From positions 31,513-95,512 of the forward strand of contig CAZGOI010000002.1 of the NCBI GenBank assembly GCA_964527185.1: 64,000 nucleotides of DNA. The letters run 5' to 3'. Source of the DNA: an uncultured Candidatus Saccharibacteria bacterium (GTDB taxonomy: Bacteria > Patescibacteriota > Minisyncoccia > Phycocordibacterales > UBA9973). This document shows, piece after piece, positions 62,935 to 64,000 of this stretch. The notes under the pieces were generated by a model that worked only from the letters and a program-made list of their open reading frames with translations, was not told the DNA's origin and made no database searches. Each line of letters starts with the position of its first letter. The first letter of the stretch is position 1. The position numbers were made by a program, and so were the translations under genes.

Positions 62935-64000
62935 ATGCCCGAAGATAAAAAGAACAGTTTCATAGAGAAAATTTTTGAAAGGCCGGCAAAGCTTTTTGGC
63001 AAGGGGGTTGATTTTGTCGAGAAAGAAGAAAAGATTTTGGTCAGCAAAAAACCCTTCAAACTGGCCGAAGAATACTGGAATACTCTAGGCCCAGGGTTGA
63101 CAACAGGCGCCGCCGACGACGACCCATCGGGCATTGCAACCTATTCTCAAACCGGCGCTCAATACGGTCCACAGCTCCTGTGGTTGTCGTGGTTTTCGTT
63201 CCCACTCATGGCCATAGTCCAAGAGATGTGCGCCCGCATTGGTGTTGTGACCGGCCACGGCCTAGCGGCAAACATACGGCACCACTATTCAAAAAAAGTG
63301 CTCTATATGATCACTTCGCTTCTTTTCATCGCCAATACATTCAACATCGGCGCCGACCTCGGAGCCATGGCCCAAGGTGTCAAACTTGTTTTTCCAAAAT
63401 TTAGTTTTGCTTTTCTGGTTGTCGGTTTTGGGCTCCTCTGCTTGATCCTCCAAATATTCACGACCTATGCTCGTTATGCCAAGTATCTAAAATACTTGGC
63501 TCTTGTTTTGTTTGCCTATATTTTCTCGGCACTCTTGGGGCACCTCGATTGGGCAGACATCTGGCACCACACTATTTTTCCATCAATCAATTTTTCTCGA
63601 GACCAAATTTTCCTCATATGCGCAATCTTGGGCACGACCATTTCGCCATATCTTTTCTTTTGGCAAACTTCGCAAGAAGTCGAAGAGCAAAACTTGCAAG
63701 GCAAAGAAGACGAAACTTCTTGGCATCAGAATGTCCAGAAAAAAGAGATCAAGCACATTCGCGCCGATGTCTGGAGCGGCATGTTTTTCTCAAACCTCGT
63801 CATGTTCTTCATTATCGCGGCTTGTGCCGGTGTGCTCTTTACCCACGGAGTTACAAATATTTCTAGCGCTTCAGACGCTGCCCAGGCCCTAAGGCCGTTT
63901 GCTGGGGAGGCAACATTTTTCCTATTTGCCATTGGCATCATCGGCACGGGCATGCTCGCCATACCAGTCTTAGCCGGCTCTACATCGTATGCTATATCCG
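62935..64000 (+). CDS. NRAMP-family divalent metal transporter (runs off window end)
   Basis: Manual translation MPEDKK...LGPGLTTGAADDDPSGIATYSQTGAQYG...GTTISPYLFFWQ; not in ORF track because it is truncated. Confidence 0.92.
   Translation, partial: MPEDKKNSFIEKIFERPAKLFGKGVDFVEKEEKILVSKKPFKLAEEYWNTLGPGLTTGAADDDPSGIATYSQTGAQYGPQLLWLSWFSFPLMAIVQEMCARIGVVTGHGLAANIRHHYSKKVLYMITSLLFIANTFNIGADLGAMAQGVKLVFPKFSFAFLVVGFGLLCLILQIFTTYARYAKYLKYLALVLFAYIFSALLGHLDWADIWHHTIFPSINFSRDQIFLICAILGTTISPYLFFWQTSQEVEEQNLQGKEDETSWHQNVQKKEIKHIRADVWSGMFFSNLVMFFIIAACAGVLFTHGVTNISSASDAAQALRPFAGEATFFLFAIGIIGTGMLAIPVLAGSTSYAIS

Overview
Low-GC chromosomal window that looks like a Patescibacteria/CPR (Parcubacteria-like) genome. 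This assignment is inferred from compact housekeeping proteins, short ProRS/EF-Ts/UvrC, many apparently leaderless genes and a type IV pilus locus. It uses standard code 11. The backbone is thrS (partial), rpmF, nusB-Nudix, rnc, a hingeless smc, rnr, rpsP-khpA-trmD, rpoB-rpoC-dnaG-rpoD, tsf-rpsB, proS-mreB-mreC-tgt, uvrB/uvrA/uvrC, ddl, tRNA-Thr(UGU) and tRNA-Ala(UGC). A surface-protein region follows (a 2210-aa Ig-repeat protein and a 1028-aa MBG-repeat protein), then a pilin/PilC/PilB cluster and a partial NRAMP transporter. Two signals stand out. (1) Downstream of tRNA-Ala there is a tandem array of ~0.8-kb single-gene units. Each unit is promoter-gene-terminator closed by a ~96-bp repeat that ends in the tRNA 3'-end hexamer GTCCAC. 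On the opposite strand the repeat encodes a 31-codon peptide conserved through synonymous changes. This is a candidate tRNA-anchored, integrase-less cassette system. (2) A family of palindromic in-frame insertions sits inside housekeeping genes (trmD, uvrB, uvrC x2, tgt, perhaps rpoB). Three of them share a GTCCTCGG...CCAGAC core but have different, self-complementary arms. Also notable are a circularly permuted DsbA-like protein and a UvrA lacking its insertion domain. No database searches were run; all family calls come from motif recognition.
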